NCBI RefSeq assembly: GCF_037042905.1
Contig: NC_087256.1
Coordinates: 26,350,001 to 26,414,000, forward strand
From: Lytechinus pictus
Taxonomy: Eukaryota
DNA: 64,000 nt
Direction: 5' to 3'
The notes beneath the pieces are model-generated. The model searched no databases. It was not told where the DNA came from and saw only the letters and a program-made list of their open reading frames with translations. Shown here in pieces: positions 40,201 to 55,200 of the stretch. A program made the position numbers and the translations under genes. How positions within the stretch are numbered: the first letter of the stretch is position 1; the number at the start of each line of letters is the position of its first letter.

Positions 40201-43200
40201 AAATATAAAAGTACATCATGTAAAACCAGGCTATATGCCTTTAAGAAATTCGACGAGAATGACTTTCATAATGTCAAGGTCAAATAACAATGTTCACTAT
40301 CAAGTATAGCATACATCGGAAAACTCTCCATAATACCGACAACTGAAGATCGATTAAATACTAAGCTGTCTGCAATGACATATAAATCAACGTAAATAAT
40401 TTCAAAGATCTATTTTTGCTTATAATATTCGACATTTCATGTGGATGACACTTTATACAAAAATAAAGTTGTCTACAAACGTACTCGGCATAATTTCTTC
40501 AGTACAAATACTTTGTCAAGAAATTAGTTATATCAAATATCTCTTTTCTCTTTTTACTATAAATGTTGTTATAAATATTAAACGTACATACCCGATAAAC
40601 ATCAGGAAAAAGAAGTAAAAAGTCAGCTAAACCAGGAGTCCATTAATTCTCCTTTACAAAATGACGAGCCCAAACAGCATCGGTGAAGTACGCTGTCGGG
40701 AGCTAAGCCGACGGTCTCGGGGGAGATATTGGTTCAAATCCCCATAGAAAAAGATGTAACCAAAATTGAACACAGACGACTCTGCTGAAGTATCAGCAAC
40801 CGGGCTTTTTTTAAGAGTCCCGTATCGTTAATTAAGAACGCACGAAACCGCCCTTACAGGGCGAGATCTAATTGGTCATTTTTCGTAACCAAGAAAAACA
40901 TTATTTACATATTATTACTAAGTCCGTGTCTCTTAGGGTTCAACACGTATTGGGAATGCTTTCTTTTGAAATTCACCTGCTGTTCCGGAAATACTGTCTT
41001 TAATAATAACAGGTGGAAATTTCTTTGCGTCCAACTAAAAATATCCAAATTGCTTTTGATTCTTTTTTTTTACACAGTATCACATAAAAGTGCTTTTGAT
41101 TTTTGTTTTACACAGTATCACATAAAAGTATTTCAGGCTTCTTTGATATCCTAAAAATAAACTCAGAAATTGTCACTACAACGTCATTGCAAAATGGGCT
41201 GAATGAATGATATCAAACAACCAATCAAATCACAAGGATCTATCTAGGTGTCATATAATAATTATTAAAGGTAAAGCACAGAAACACAAAGCATAAAGCT
41301 ATATATGATTAATTATTATGAAATCTGATCGTACCTTAAAGAAGGTTAGGCTTATCAAGCTTGTTGCTGCCTGACAGAAAACAAAAACATAGTGAAAAAT
41401 TGGTTATATAAGTCCGTAAGTCAGTTCAAGACCCTACACAAAACCTACCTGTTTAGTAGATGATTTACAAATTGTGGGTCGGTCAATTGGAGGTGCACAC
41501 CAGTTTTGACTTTTAGTATTTGTATTAGTTGTGTCATTTTTCCCCCTAGAATGAACCATTTTAAGCAATACAGTGCGCTTAGAAATGTCTGTAGTACATG
41601 TAAGCGCCTAATAAATGTTATGAATTAATATATATAAAAATTGGAACACATAAGACACAGAGGCCCATATTCTGAAATCGGGTTTAACTTAAACTCAGGT
41701 TTAAAGTTGTAGTTTAAGTATGGATAGCCAATTGTACATAAATCACTAACAGTAGATAGATATATCATATTTCAGCTCATTTGGCTCTCAAATCATTCAT
41801 AATTGTCTAGGAAGTATAAATAGATGATTGTCTTCACCATTGAAGAATCGGGAAAGAGCACAGTAAACATAAGAAACATAAAACTTAATAAAACTTTTGA
41901 CACTTTTGGCTTCTCATAATTTTAGCACAGAGTTAGACCATGGTCTAAGTTAAACCTGACTTCAGAATACGGGCCATAGAATACTTGGAAGTAAAGCATA
42001 CAACGTGCAATCAAAAGAATACATACTTTGATATTGTGTTATCCAAGTAAAATTCATGTATAAAAAAGATTACAATTATGATGAGCTTAATTCAAGAAAG
42101 TTTAATCTAGATGATTCCTTATATTTGGACGGTTATTTCACCATCCATGGTTTCAGGGTCTATCTGAAAAAAAAAATTGTAATGGATCAAAATAAAACTC
42201 GGACTCTGATTGAGATTGGCATCAAAGTATCAGTCTCTTTATCTTTGTACCCTTTAAGATTAATCTCAATTTTTTTAGTTTGAATTTGAATCAATCGCAA
42301 CTCTTTGTATAACATGGGCCAGAAGTCCAAATATGCCACATAGATGTACCAGCCAAGATAGGGTTGTGAAATCTCATTCCTTGACAGTTATGCAACAGAT
42401 TTATGCCAAAGATTAATTTTGTACACCTTTGTAAACAAGGGCCTGTCTTTTCTTTTTTTTCGCAGTTTGGACAGCACCTGTACATAACTGTCAATGGAGA
42501 CGGAGAGGAGACTGAGCAATTCCTTCACAAGAAGCTCTTGGTCTTTCATCGCATTATTCAGTTCTTCTATGGTGCAGCAACAGAGCAGTAAGAACATTTC
42601 TCACCTTCTGTCACAGTTTAATCTTGAACATTGAATACAGATAGAATAATTGGAGACTAAATTTGGCCTCTCACTGGTCACCTATTAGTCTTTGATTATT
42701 ATGTCTCTTATTGAGGTTGGTTGTATTTGTTGCTCGTTTTTCATTTAATCGGGTTAACGGTGTATTCATGTAACAAGATGGGTATAATGCGGGTATACTC
42801 CTAGGCATACAGAATGCTGCTGCTCGCCTGCTAATTGGTACAAAGATATAGGACCACATCACCCCTGTTCTCACGGAGTTACATTGGCTTCCAATTAAGT
42901 ACAGGGTCAAATTCAAAGTACTCCTCACCGTCAAGGCTGTGCATGGTTTAGCTCCAGGGTATGTGACCTCCCTCATAGAAAAACGCTGTGTGCGTCTTGG
43001 CTTGCGCTCATCTGGTACTGGTGTCACTCTTCATGTACCCATCACACGCGATATTTCCGAAATGAAAAAAGATAACGCCGCAAAATTTTACGACTTTTCT
43101 TTGAGTCTCGCGCAACTTTTGAGACCAAATTCGCGACATATTGGTATGGCATCCTAACCCTAACGCCACTTGACTTTTAATGAGACGATGTCACGCTGAA

Positions 43201-46200
43201 AATGGCTCATTTTGATACTTTGTGTACAAAGTCTATGGGAAATGAAATTCATAAAAAGGGTGATTATTTATCATTCTAATTGGTCTGCTTGATTAATTTA
43301 GTTTTTAAATGGTCTGTAATAATTTCCATTAAAAAAAACAATGATAAACAAAGATAAAAAAACAGAGAAATACATGAGGAAAAAATTCACTTTCACAATT
43401 TTTCTTTGTGGAAACCTTTAAATTAGATTAAAAAGATGACATATGGAAAAAAAAGGAAGAAAATTTGCAGTGAAATTGGGTGTTAATATGCAAATAATGT
43501 TTTTCCCGAATAAATTTGAATATTTATTCATAATAAATAAAAAATTATCATTTTCAGATTTTTTTTTTGTACTTGCTTGTAGTTTATGTGGAAAAGAATG
43601 TACATGCCAAATTTCGGCGCGACCACGCAAACTGCGGCCAAGATCAGAAGGGGGGCCATAATGCCCCCCCCCCCGCCCTCAATACATCTCTTCTTCTATC
43701 ACTCCATGCCTGAGGAACTCCCTCCCTTCTTCGCTCCGTGAAATTGACAGCATTGAGCTCTTCAAATCGTCTCTCAAAACTCACTTATTTCAGCAGTTGT
43801 GTAGTTATTAGCCTAATTGGATGAGTCTGCGCCTATGAATGTTTTTTAAAGAAATATGGTGCAATATAAATGCTGTGGATCATCATAATCATAATGCTTA
43901 TTATGTACATGTTCATTCATGAGGGTGTGCTGTGTAATTAGGGACAGTTTATCTGTTTCATTTCTGCAAACCTGTACATGTAATTCCATTTCAAAGTTAA
44001 TTTGAAGTGAAAATTCCATTTTGTTATAGAAAATGTACATGTACACAGCAAAAATATGAATTCCTTTTTGCAAAGTTACATGTAAATTCAGTGAATGTTC
44101 AGATGAAAAGTAAAGAATGGATTTCCTGTTTTGATTTACTTGCAAATGGAAAATCTCTGTCCCTATGTAATGTAATGGGATTTTTACAGATACATGTATG
44201 TATGATTATTTACATCTGAGGATCATATGGCTTGAAAAGAGCAAAGACCAATGCCTTGAATGCCCTATGAATTGGCCTTACTGCCTCTTTCACTGGCTTT
44301 GGATATTTCTGGTGTCCTTTTTCATTTTCCAAATTTTACTGGAATTATAATTTTTTTTAATTAGAATTTTTAGAAATGTGCCCTATAGAAAAGTGCCCTT
44401 GTCCCTGAAAATATAAAAATTTTAAAAATTTCATCATGTGATTTTTTGTTGTTGCCCTTTTCAGGTTACGTAAGGATAGTCCAAGTCAGAGAGATGTATT
44501 ATGGGATACCTTAGGCTCTGTCTTGGACAGCTGGTGTGAGCTGTACCACAGGGAACAGTCCTTTCTTTTGGAGGTGAGTCACATACTTTGTCGCAGAGGG
44601 GCAGATCCAGGATTTTCCAAAGGTGGGGGGTCGCATTTCCCCGAGAAAAAAATTGACAAGCAAAAAAAAATGTAAGGTCTTCAATTTCAAAAAGGGGGGC
44701 ACAATTCTGTTTGAACAGCATTTTTACAGTATTACAAATTTTCATTATGCCTCTCCCTGGATCCGCCAGTGCTTTGTCAGTATCTTTAAAAGTATCGTTT
44801 TCGTACTTGAAAATAGAAAAAAAATAATACAGATATTGCGTACCTAGAGATTGCATATAGGCCTACATGTAATATTTTATTTCCCTGTCAGATGTATGTT
44901 CTTCCCAAGGGATTATGTTATGCATGGAGCACACAGCGCTGAGGGAAAATATTCTCCTGAGGGGAAAATATAGTTTTGGATCGGAGGGAAGCTGGAATGT
45001 TATTTATTGAACAGATAGACTAGACAATATCTGTCATATCGTATACTGTGTTGTATGTAGTTTCACCATCAGAGTTTGCTGCAGCTTTGATACGTCCTAA
45101 AAGAAAAAACACGGCTTGCGTGTGCTTCATCCAAACTTCGTGTACACACTAGTTTGTGCATCATAAAAGCAAACTTCCTGACTGTGCAGTTTCAAAGCAG
45201 TGAATGATGTCACCTTAATTCCACCCAGGCCTGAGATTTCCCCGATATTTATCGGGTTCCCGATATTTTTTCACCAACATAGGTGGTCTTCGAGATCGAT
45301 GTAAATCCCTATTTAAAATTAAGGGGGGTTAGGGTGTCTATTTTCAATGCCTTATTCGCAAAAATTGCTAGAAAATGAAGGGCACATTGGGCCCAAATTC
45401 ACACAAAGTTATAAGTTCTGGCAACTTGCTGTCGTTACTTTTTATGAAAATTGCAAATGCATTCGAAAACTTGATTCTTCGACGGCTATTTGAAGTTTAT
45501 TGCACACGGTCGGTATTGATCATGGGCGCTGCCATTTTGTATTACCCACCAGACCGTTCGCGCGTTGCAGTGGAGGAAACAGCGTGCACTCCGTGCGCGC
45601 GCGATGGCTGCATTCAATTCATGCATGCAGGCTAGGCGCTAGGATAACCCAGGGAACTCCGGCCCGGCCGCGCCCGCGAAGGGGGCAGGAGCTCCCTGGG
45701 TTAGCGCTAGCCGTGATTACGGTGATTTGTCGATACGGGAGTTCTTCCGTGCGAGCGAAAAAACAAGAAAAGTTAGTGAAAAATTATGGCTTTTCAACGG
45801 AAATTTCTTGATCGAGGTGAAGAGGCGAGGGTGAAAGGGATCGACGCTTCAGTTCGTGAGAAATGGACTTGGAAGTGGGTTGAAAAATCAGTGGATGGAA
45901 GGGTGGCAAGTGAGTGCATACGGAAAATTGAGGATCCCGATAAAGCTTTACTGTACATGGTGTAATAAGGAAGTCAAGTACGTGAATGGCGGCTGGGGCA
46001 TGATCAAGCAACACATGGCCAAATCTAAATAAAAATCATAATCTAGATCTAGATAATAAAAAAAAAGGAATCAATTATCAATTAGATTTAGTTTAGACTA
46101 GATCTATGTAGGTAGATCTAGCCTCACTTATCCAATGTACAACTACAAGGTTATGATATAACCTTGTCCTCAATTAGAAACCATTGTGTGGTGAAATTAC

Positions 46201-49200
46201 ATGAATAAGATTGTCAATGTTTGCCTGTTTTTTCTCGTGATAGAATGGATAAATGTTTGATTTTTTTTTTGGTTCAGTCAGATTTTACTACACAGATATT
46301 TCATTACAAAATATGCCTTGGCCCAAAACTAAACTGAATTCTTGAAATAAAATAATTTTTTTCTAATTAAAAAGGGAGTCTGTGGAGACCCCCTCCGGGG
46401 CGTTGCCCCTGGACCGTTAGGTGCGAGACTATGGTCACTTCGCTCCCTACGTTCACAAAAAACAGATATTTTTTAAAAGGGCCACTCTCAGGCCTGATTC
46501 CACCGTGTACTTTACAATACAACACAGTTATAGTTACTGAGTAGATGTCAAATCCCAAGATACATGTATTACACCTTGCAGCTACATGTAGTATCACATG
46601 ATGGCATATTGACTTATCACTGATTAAAATCTTTATAAGTAATAGTAATAGTAAATCTAAAGCTTTAACCCTATCTAGGCCGGGGTATTTTGGGAGTTCA
46701 TATGGCCGGGGAGGGGGGGGAGGGCCTCCCAGGCCTGTCATCCCTCCAAAGCACGCGCCTATTACCAACATATTTCATTCTCCCTCGCAAACCGATCCAC
46801 TGCTTCTTCCAAACCCAACATCTGCATCAAGTCCTCAAGTCTCCTTCCGATCCACAACCTACAGTTGAGGCCAGAAGTTTACATACATCCACGAAATTTA
46901 AAAAAAAGTTGACACTTGCCAAACATAAAATTTACTCTATCTTATAAAATATCTCTGCTATCATGACAGATTTGATATCAAACAAATGAGTATGTCATGC
47001 CCCTTCATCACATTGCTTTGTTTTCAGGGGCTGAAAAATGTTTAGGTGTCATTTTTCCCTGCAAAATTTTCATATTTTAGACAAATTAAAAATAAAAACT
47101 TGACAAAAACATTTCATATCTGTGCTAGTTACTTCTCAACACAAACATTTCAGATACACTTTTTTGTTCAGTGGTGACATATCATGATAGGAAATGCAAT
47201 ATACTGCGTAAATCATAGATTTGACTTTTATATATTTCTATGGAACGATGTTTGAAAATATAATAGCAAACGATAGAATACATTTGGCACAAATAATGCT
47301 TTTTTCTTCAAAGAAAATACCACCTGAAATATATTTTAATCCCAATGGCATCCCAATCATCTGAAAAAACTTAAAATGCTCATTCATTTGATACCAAATT
47401 TGTCATGGTAGTATTGATATTTCTGAAGATATAGTAAATTCAACGATGTTTGGCAAGCGAACAAATTTCACTGAATTCGATGGGTGTATGTATTATAAAA
47501 CTTTTGGCCTCAACTGTATGTAATATCAGGTATTATAGCATTCTACATGTTATATTTTATTTTGTCTGCATTCTAACCGCCTTCAGGCTGTCGAGACTCT
47601 AGAAGTCAACCAAACCCTGAATGAACTCTGCATCGGTCTCTTGGAATCTGTCCTTCTCAAGTTCAGGTCTGCTGGAGATAAGAATGCAGCCCATGCCATG
47701 TTGATTACAGGAGCTAAGCTCTTGCAGCTCTATTCAAGGTAATCAGAATTTGATGTTTTTTCTTCATTTTTTCGCAGTCAACCTCACCCACGATCCCACG
47801 GGTGCTAGAAAATTTGGTTCATAAACAGTTCATTGAATCGTATAGACGGTGTGGAGTTTGACCAAGTGGATATTTGACGAAATAGGTATACTATAACCTG
47901 ATTGAAAATTAGACGAAATGGTTAAAGGGCTAATTGGCAATTTGACCAAATAGTAAGCAAACAAAAGGGTTGTAAACTAACCCGGATTATATCATGTTGA
48001 ATGAGACCAAACAAGTACGTGTAGATGCTGACCAAGTTGCCGTTTACCCTTTTATGTATTCCTTTTTTTTCCAGTCGTAATGCACCCGAGCTCCACCAGT
48101 CTGACATCCTCCTGATTGTGACGCTGGCTCGGTCCCTCTTCCCTGCACCAAAGGGCCCTCTGCAGGAGATACAAGACGAAGCATCGTCTCAGAGAGGTGG
48201 AGGAGGAGGATCCGATAGGGAGAACAGACAGTCTGGTGTCTTCAGCGATGGGGAGTTCATGAGTGCTGGAGAAGGAGGGGGTTCAGATGGGGTAAGATGT
48301 TTAGAAAGAATGGTCAAGTTCACCTGAAGAGGTTGTAAACAGGGAAAGTGTCTTCAAAATGATCAATATTGTTGTCATTTTTATTTTTGTTATTAGTATT
48401 ACTGTTAGTGTGGTCATCGTTACTGTTTGTCTGATCATTGATATTATCATTAGTTGTATTTTAAGTGATAGTAATAGTAGTACAAGCAGTAGTCATAGTA
48501 TCACCAGCAGCATTCAGTAATAATATTAGAAGCCCCAGTAGCAGTTTTAACCATTGTAGTAGTATTATTAGTAATATAAGTTGTAGTAATAGTAGTAGTA
48601 AGAGTAGTAATAGTGGTAGTTGTAAAACTAGTCATAATGGTAGTAATAGTAGCAGCAGTAGTATTGTCAGGGATGTAGTCGATGCCGTTACTTCCGTGTC
48701 ACAAGGCCACTGAAAAAAAAACTTCTCCTGTAGACTTTGTGTACATGACACGGCTGAGGCCAAGGTCGGCAAAAATTGGCTTCAAGGCCGGCCATGACTT
48801 CATCCCTGAATGTCATGATTATCAGCATTATCGACATCACTCTCTGCTTTTCCTGTTCAGTCACAGTACTATAGTCCAGCCAACACGCATGAAGACCGGA
48901 GCCCCTTGCCATCAGATGACCCGGAAGAAGAGAAACCGGACGCCAGTTCCAATCCTCAAACCGAACAAGAACCAATACACGATGGAGAGCAGCAAGGGTC
49001 ATCAGCAGGTCGAAGGTCAAATGGTGAAGGTCAGAGGTCGGGGAGTACGTCGGAGGATTCTCATACGGATAGCTGGTGTGACCTGGCCGGGGGTCATGGA
49101 GCAGACACGGCTAGTATACCTTCCATTGACTGCACTCCAGGTGGGCGTGTCCCGGAACCCCCAAACTCGCAAACCATCTGGTATACGCCCATTGAGGTAA

Positions 49201-52200
49201 GTCCAATATAAAGGGGATCATTACAAGAAGCATATTTAGACAAAATTGTGAATTTCAAGTGGCAAATTTGTGATTGATAGGTAATTTGTAAGTAGAAAAA
49301 ATCATTATATTATTTTCTGTTATAAGGAACCAGAAAGCAAGTCATTGCAATACCTTGGATTGATTTTGGGATTTAAGAGTCTTACACTCAACTTGTAGTC
49401 ATTGTAGAATAATAAATCTTGAAGAGATTTAATAAATGCACCTTTCCTTCTTGGACTGTCAGCTAAATCACTCTAAAATTCTAACTTCAACAAATCTGTA
49501 TAATAATCATGGATTTTATAAAATCCCAACCTTGCTATGATCGTAAAGAAACGGAATGACCAGGATCAAAATAGGAGTACTTGACATATGTTTATAATGT
49601 AATATTAGTAATATAAAAACTATCTTACATGCATTATTAAAATGACTTGGCTTTATATATTCAAAACTCAATAAAAAGATGAAAATTTATGAAATTATGT
49701 GAAATATGATAAAATCCTTTCAATTTCTTATCAAGGGACCCAAACCCCGGGATGCGGACATCAGCAGCACATCCACCCTAAATTCCGATCAACCACCGAC
49801 TCCCTCCAAGTCGGCCATGTCCATCCACAACACGACCCCATTGCATCAGCCTCGTCCGGCCCCCTCCACCCCCACCCAGGCCCCCACAAGCTACCATTCT
49901 ACTTCTGCTTCACTATCGTCGGGGGCGGCAACCAGGAGGAGTAGGAGGGATAGGAGAGCAGGAGGGATCCTGGATGATGCAGCCCAGATGATGGTGTATC
50001 TCCAACAGTCTTGCCCCTGCAGCCCCCACGTTCTCCATGTCGTGCGGCTCCTCCCGAGCATCACGTTGGTGGTGGTGTCGGAGGTCAGTATCGCAAGTTG
50101 ATATCCTCATGAACTAAATATTTGCATCATGTGATTAAATGATCTTCCAAATCGTGTCATGCAAATGAGCAATTTTGCCATTGAAGGTTGCAACATCTGG
50201 CATCATGATCTCTAATAACGAGACCTCTGTCATAACAATAAGCTTCCTTTTTTTTTTACCACTGCCCACCAGTGATTTTGTGGCAGAGACCAGAGGGAGA
50301 GAGAGATAAAGAAATAAGTAAAAAATAAAAAATTCAGTGTCATCGAACACTATGAAAATTAACCAGTTTAAAACTAAATTTCCATATCTACGTGTATATT
50401 AAAACTTAGGGAAATGTAACTATCGAGTTGGGTTTCTAAATTTTCATACTTAAATTGATCAGAATTTAGAGTTATGATAATGTTGCATTATAATTGGGGA
50501 CTGCCATATTTGTTCTGTTTTTTTGCAACTCGTAATTGCTCCACTGCAGTTATAGTGCCATTTAGGGTCAAGGAGTGAAGAATCGTAGTAAATGGCAGTG
50601 TGCACTGACTTAGAATCTTACAGGACAATGAATTCAAGCAAGAGAATTGAGAATTCCTGCATTTTAATCCTATTTCCATAGTGCCATTTGACTGAATCAA
50701 ATCTGATATCATATCAAACTTTTAAGAAATTTAGTTTTTAGACTGGTCTTCAAAATCTTTGACAATGTAAATTTCTTTTGTATTTCTTTATCTACACGTA
50801 CTGGCCTTTGCTCATCTAATTCCATGGAATTAGGAAAACCCAGGGCCCCGTCTTACAAAGAGTTGCGATTGATCCAGTCAATCACAACTATGGACGGCTA
50901 GCAACGTCAACATCTAGAATGCAAATTTGTTCAAAATATTTTATAGATATGATGTATATTCATACATTCATTGTTCTCCTGAAGATTCATTGTGATTTCA
51001 CTTTGTTTACCAAGGGGATTGTGCAAATTTCCTGAAGGAAAAATTATGATATGGATGGATTTCCATAAAATTGAGATTGATTGGATCAATCGTAAATCTT
51101 TGTAAGACGGGGCCCAGAACTAAAAGGGCATGGGGTGTGGGTGATAGAGCAAGTATCTGGAACTCTCGTCCCCACACAAGCCAAAATCTCATCCTCTCTA
51201 CGGTTATTCCAAAGAAACTTGAAAACCTTTTTTATTTCTCATATTGTCTCTTAAAGGGGAATCCAACCCAAATAAAAACTCATTTTTGGAGGAAAAAGAA
51301 AAATCTGACAATTTGATAGGTGAAAGAACAATATCGGACAAACAATTAGAAAGTTTATAAATTTTTTAAATTTGTAATATTGGTAATCACTATACCCATG
51401 GAGACTTCAAGGTGGCCGCATATTTGACGTCATAGTGATGTAAGGCAAAGACTACTCTTACATGTACTCCAATACATAAAATGGCTAAACTGTCATTTTT
51501 TCAAAAGCTTTACTTCAAGTTGTATTTTTCTTTCATGAGAACATTAAACAATATACTACCTGGGTTATATTTACATTACTGCCCCAGGGGAATTGGTACT
51601 TAGGAGAAAACCACAAATCCCTGATAATTAAGTACATGGCCTATGGGAAAGTTGTCATTGCCCCTTGTCATAATTTACTTACCCAGTTGCCAATTTGAAA
51701 TCTACATAGTCTTCGGAATCTCAATTTTAAAGCAGCCACAACTTTCTTATTGCTTGTCCGATTTCTTTCAAACTTTCACCATTCTATTAAGTTTGATTTT
51801 TCTCCTTTCCAACACAGCATTTTATGACCAAGGCTGGAGTCCCCTTTAACCCTCTTTTGTTATCTTATATCAGATAAACAATCAGGTCGCGACGTGGGTC
51901 AGTAACTGCTTGAAGCGCCTGAGTGATCTCCTGAATGCCCTGTCAAGGAAGGAGACCAGTGAAGCACTCCAGAGACAAAGCAGCGTAGGGAAACTGGATG
52001 CAGATCTCAAGCAGCTTGGGAATGCTGTCAAGAAGTCAAGGGTAAGTAGTCTTCAGGCGCAAACCCTGATTGAAATTTTAAAGTGGGTCTTCACACAAAG
52101 ACTAGCACATATAAAACTTGCTGTTTCAATTTAGGAGGGCCTTCATTACACAAGACATTGTAGGATGCACATTCAGACCCCTTAACTCGAGTGAAGGGTT

Positions 52201-55200
52201 TGCACAAGGGTGTGTTGGAGATTTTGGCCCGTATTCTGAAGTCAGGTTTAACTTAGACCATGGTCTAACTCTGTGCTAAAATTATGGGAAGCCAAAAGTG
52301 TCAAAATTTTTATTAAGTTGTATGTTTCGTATGTTTACTGTGCTCTTTCCTGATTCATCGATGGTGCAGACAATAATCTATTTATACTTCCTACACAATT
52401 ATGAATGATTTGAGACCCAAATGAGGTGAAATATTATCTCTACTGTTAGTGATTTATGTAACAATTGGCTATCCATACTTAAACCACAACTTTAAACCTG
52501 AGTTTAAGTTAAACCCGACTTCAGAATACGGGCCTTTGAGTGTGTGTTCTGGGACTCATTAGTTCAAATCAATTGTTACTATGGAATGCCGGTGATGCCG
52601 TGATTGATTATCTATATTTTGATATAATTGATTTATTTTCCATTAAAAGTCAAATTATGAAATACGATACATCGAACATTTTAAAAGAAGCTGTACAAAG
52701 TGGAGGGGGATCTTGGCCAACTTCAGGAGGAAGAAGACGATGTTGAAGAATGAGCAGCAGAGGTGGAGGAGGAAGAAAAAGAAGAGAAGGAAGGGTAAAT
52801 GAAGATCTAACAATGAAGAGAAACTAGAGAATAGAAAAAGAAAATATACGTGGAGGAGGATGGGTAAGTGAAAAAAAAAGTAATAAAGAGAAACACAAAT
52901 TGTAATCCTTGAATCATTGTATTTTCTGTGATTGCCTATGCAGATCCAAGGTGTACAGCAAGTCCACACAGGTCTCATCAAGCAGTGGACGATCGCTAAG
53001 GGGTGTGGCTTGACAACAAACCAGGGATCGAGTGCTTCTATGGCACCAAGGTAAGTTAACATGGAACATGTTATGGATTGACTTAAGCAGTGAAGTTCAA
53101 TTCATTAAATGTTTGCTTGTTTATAAATTCAGGCTAGTATTGACAATCTGTGAGCGAGCAAGTTGGTGGATTTTTAAACATTGGAAGGAGAAACATATGG
53201 AATCACCATTCAGAGTATTTGTAGCTCGTTGGGAGGGTCATTCATTTCATTCAGATCGTTTATTTTCCTTTTTGAAAATTTCCAATTTGTTTTGTACATG
53301 TTCAAATTTATCCATTGATGGCCATTGCTTACAAACTCTGAACCTTGGAGTAAAGCATTCCTTAATTTTCGCACAATGTCTCTCAATTAATCCAGACTAG
53401 AATCCATTCTCTCGGAAATGGGCAAAACCCTCAAGACCATCTTCACCCGCTGCTACGTCCACCGCAACGCCCCCCTGATACGCCCCCCATCCCGCTACCT
53501 GCCGGTCATCGGGGACGTGCGTGCATCCCTGGAAGACTCCCTGACCCTCTACCACGAGTACCTTGCGGTGCGGGCGGAACGCAACATCACCATGACCAAC
53601 TACCTGGAAGACTTTCCGGGTCTGGTGCACTTCGTCCATGTGAACAGGACCACCGACCAGGTGCTGGCGCCCTCTATCAGCGTCAGCTGTGAATCGGAGC
53701 ATGTCGGTGGCAAGAAGAAACTTCTCCAAGAGAAGGTGAGTTCTCTAGATATACATGTAGGCCCGTATCCTGAAGTCAGGTTTAATTTAAACTCTGGTCT
53801 AAAGTTGTGCTCTAACTATGTATAGCCAATTGTGACATAAATCTCTAACAAGAAAGGTTCATAGTATCAGCTCATTTGACTCACAAATCATTCTTAACTG
53901 TCTGGGAACGATAAATAAGATAGTTGTCTTCATCAATAAAGAATTGGGAAAAGCACAGTTGACGTGAGCAACATACAATGTAAACAAATATTTTGACGTT
54001 GTTGGCTTTCTGTAATTTCAGCACAGATTTAGACCATGGTCTAAATTAAATCCGACTTCAGAATGCAGGCTATAAAGTCAGAAGTCAGAAATCATTCTTT
54101 TATTAAAAATTCTTGAGATACATCTGATCCAATGCTAGGGTCTCTCTGCTCCCTGATCAATTTGATCAAGCTGGTTGCTTGGTCTAGCTAATGATCACTT
54201 TGTGAACAAATGATTCTGTGTGCAACCAAAAGGATGTATTGTAGATTATTAAAGATAAATTCCAGTTGTGGGAACGATCTCAAAATGACTTTTTACAGAA
54301 TTTAATATAATGATGACCGAAGTGTCTGTTTGTATGAATAAAAAATATGTGCCAAAGGATTCTGCAAGAAATTGTGTAATTGCTGAGAAATAAGCAAAAT
54401 AAGCACGGATTCGGTCACTTCCGTCGGGTCTTTATTCCAGCAATAATAATACACTGTCCCACGTGTGCCTATCTGTGTTGGCGATCTTCAGTGTGATCGT
54501 TTTTTAGCTAGATATTATGATTTCACAAAGTTCAGTTTATGTAACTGTACCAGATCTAGATCCACGATGATATATCAATACTTTACCTTGGTTTTACAGA
54601 CTTTCTCACGAATTCAGTGTTTTACTGCAACTACGTTCATTTAGCTTTAAATGAATATCCAACCAACAAAATTTGTCAGAAATTGTGATCAGGAACCTCA
54701 GGATTTTGGATTACTGTCACTTAGTAATATAATTATTGTTATATCTTATATACCAGGAAGATAGTGGATCATTGAGCTCGGGCGGTGGAGTGGGTGGGGC
54801 TTTGGGTTGAGGGAAAAGAGGTGCTTCCTCTTGTCTGCTGTCTGCACCTCATGTTCCGCTGCCTATATACATGTATAATCTGTTTGCAAATATGGGTAAA
54901 AAGGGTAATGCGGTAGGTTTACCAATATTGTCCCCAGTTACTCTTTATCCACTGGCAGCTACCCGCTGCTGTTTGATCAACTTGATGAAGGCTTATACCT
55001 TACCGATCAATGTAGCCCAGTAAGAGGAATTCTGGTACTTTGATCGACCCCAATTACCCCTGATCTACTGCTAGTCCAATCAACTTGATTATTGTAGTCC
55101 TTATTGGTTGATGTAGCTTATTGACTTTGATAGACCCTTTGGCTTTGTGAATTCCACAAATTGTTATTTTTATTCCGTGTGTATAAGGATAACATCTTTG

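Larger units (their letters stand above)
33356..41180 (-). mobile_element. Full-length Ty3/Gypsy LTR retrotransposon, CsRn1/Kabuki-like clade, antisense in an HPS1 intron
   Basis: Two near-identical TG...CA LTRs (33356-35080 and 39448-41180), 4-bp TSD ACGT (33352-33355 / 41181-41184), PBS, PPT, and uninterrupted gag and pol ORFs. Confidence 0.97.
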
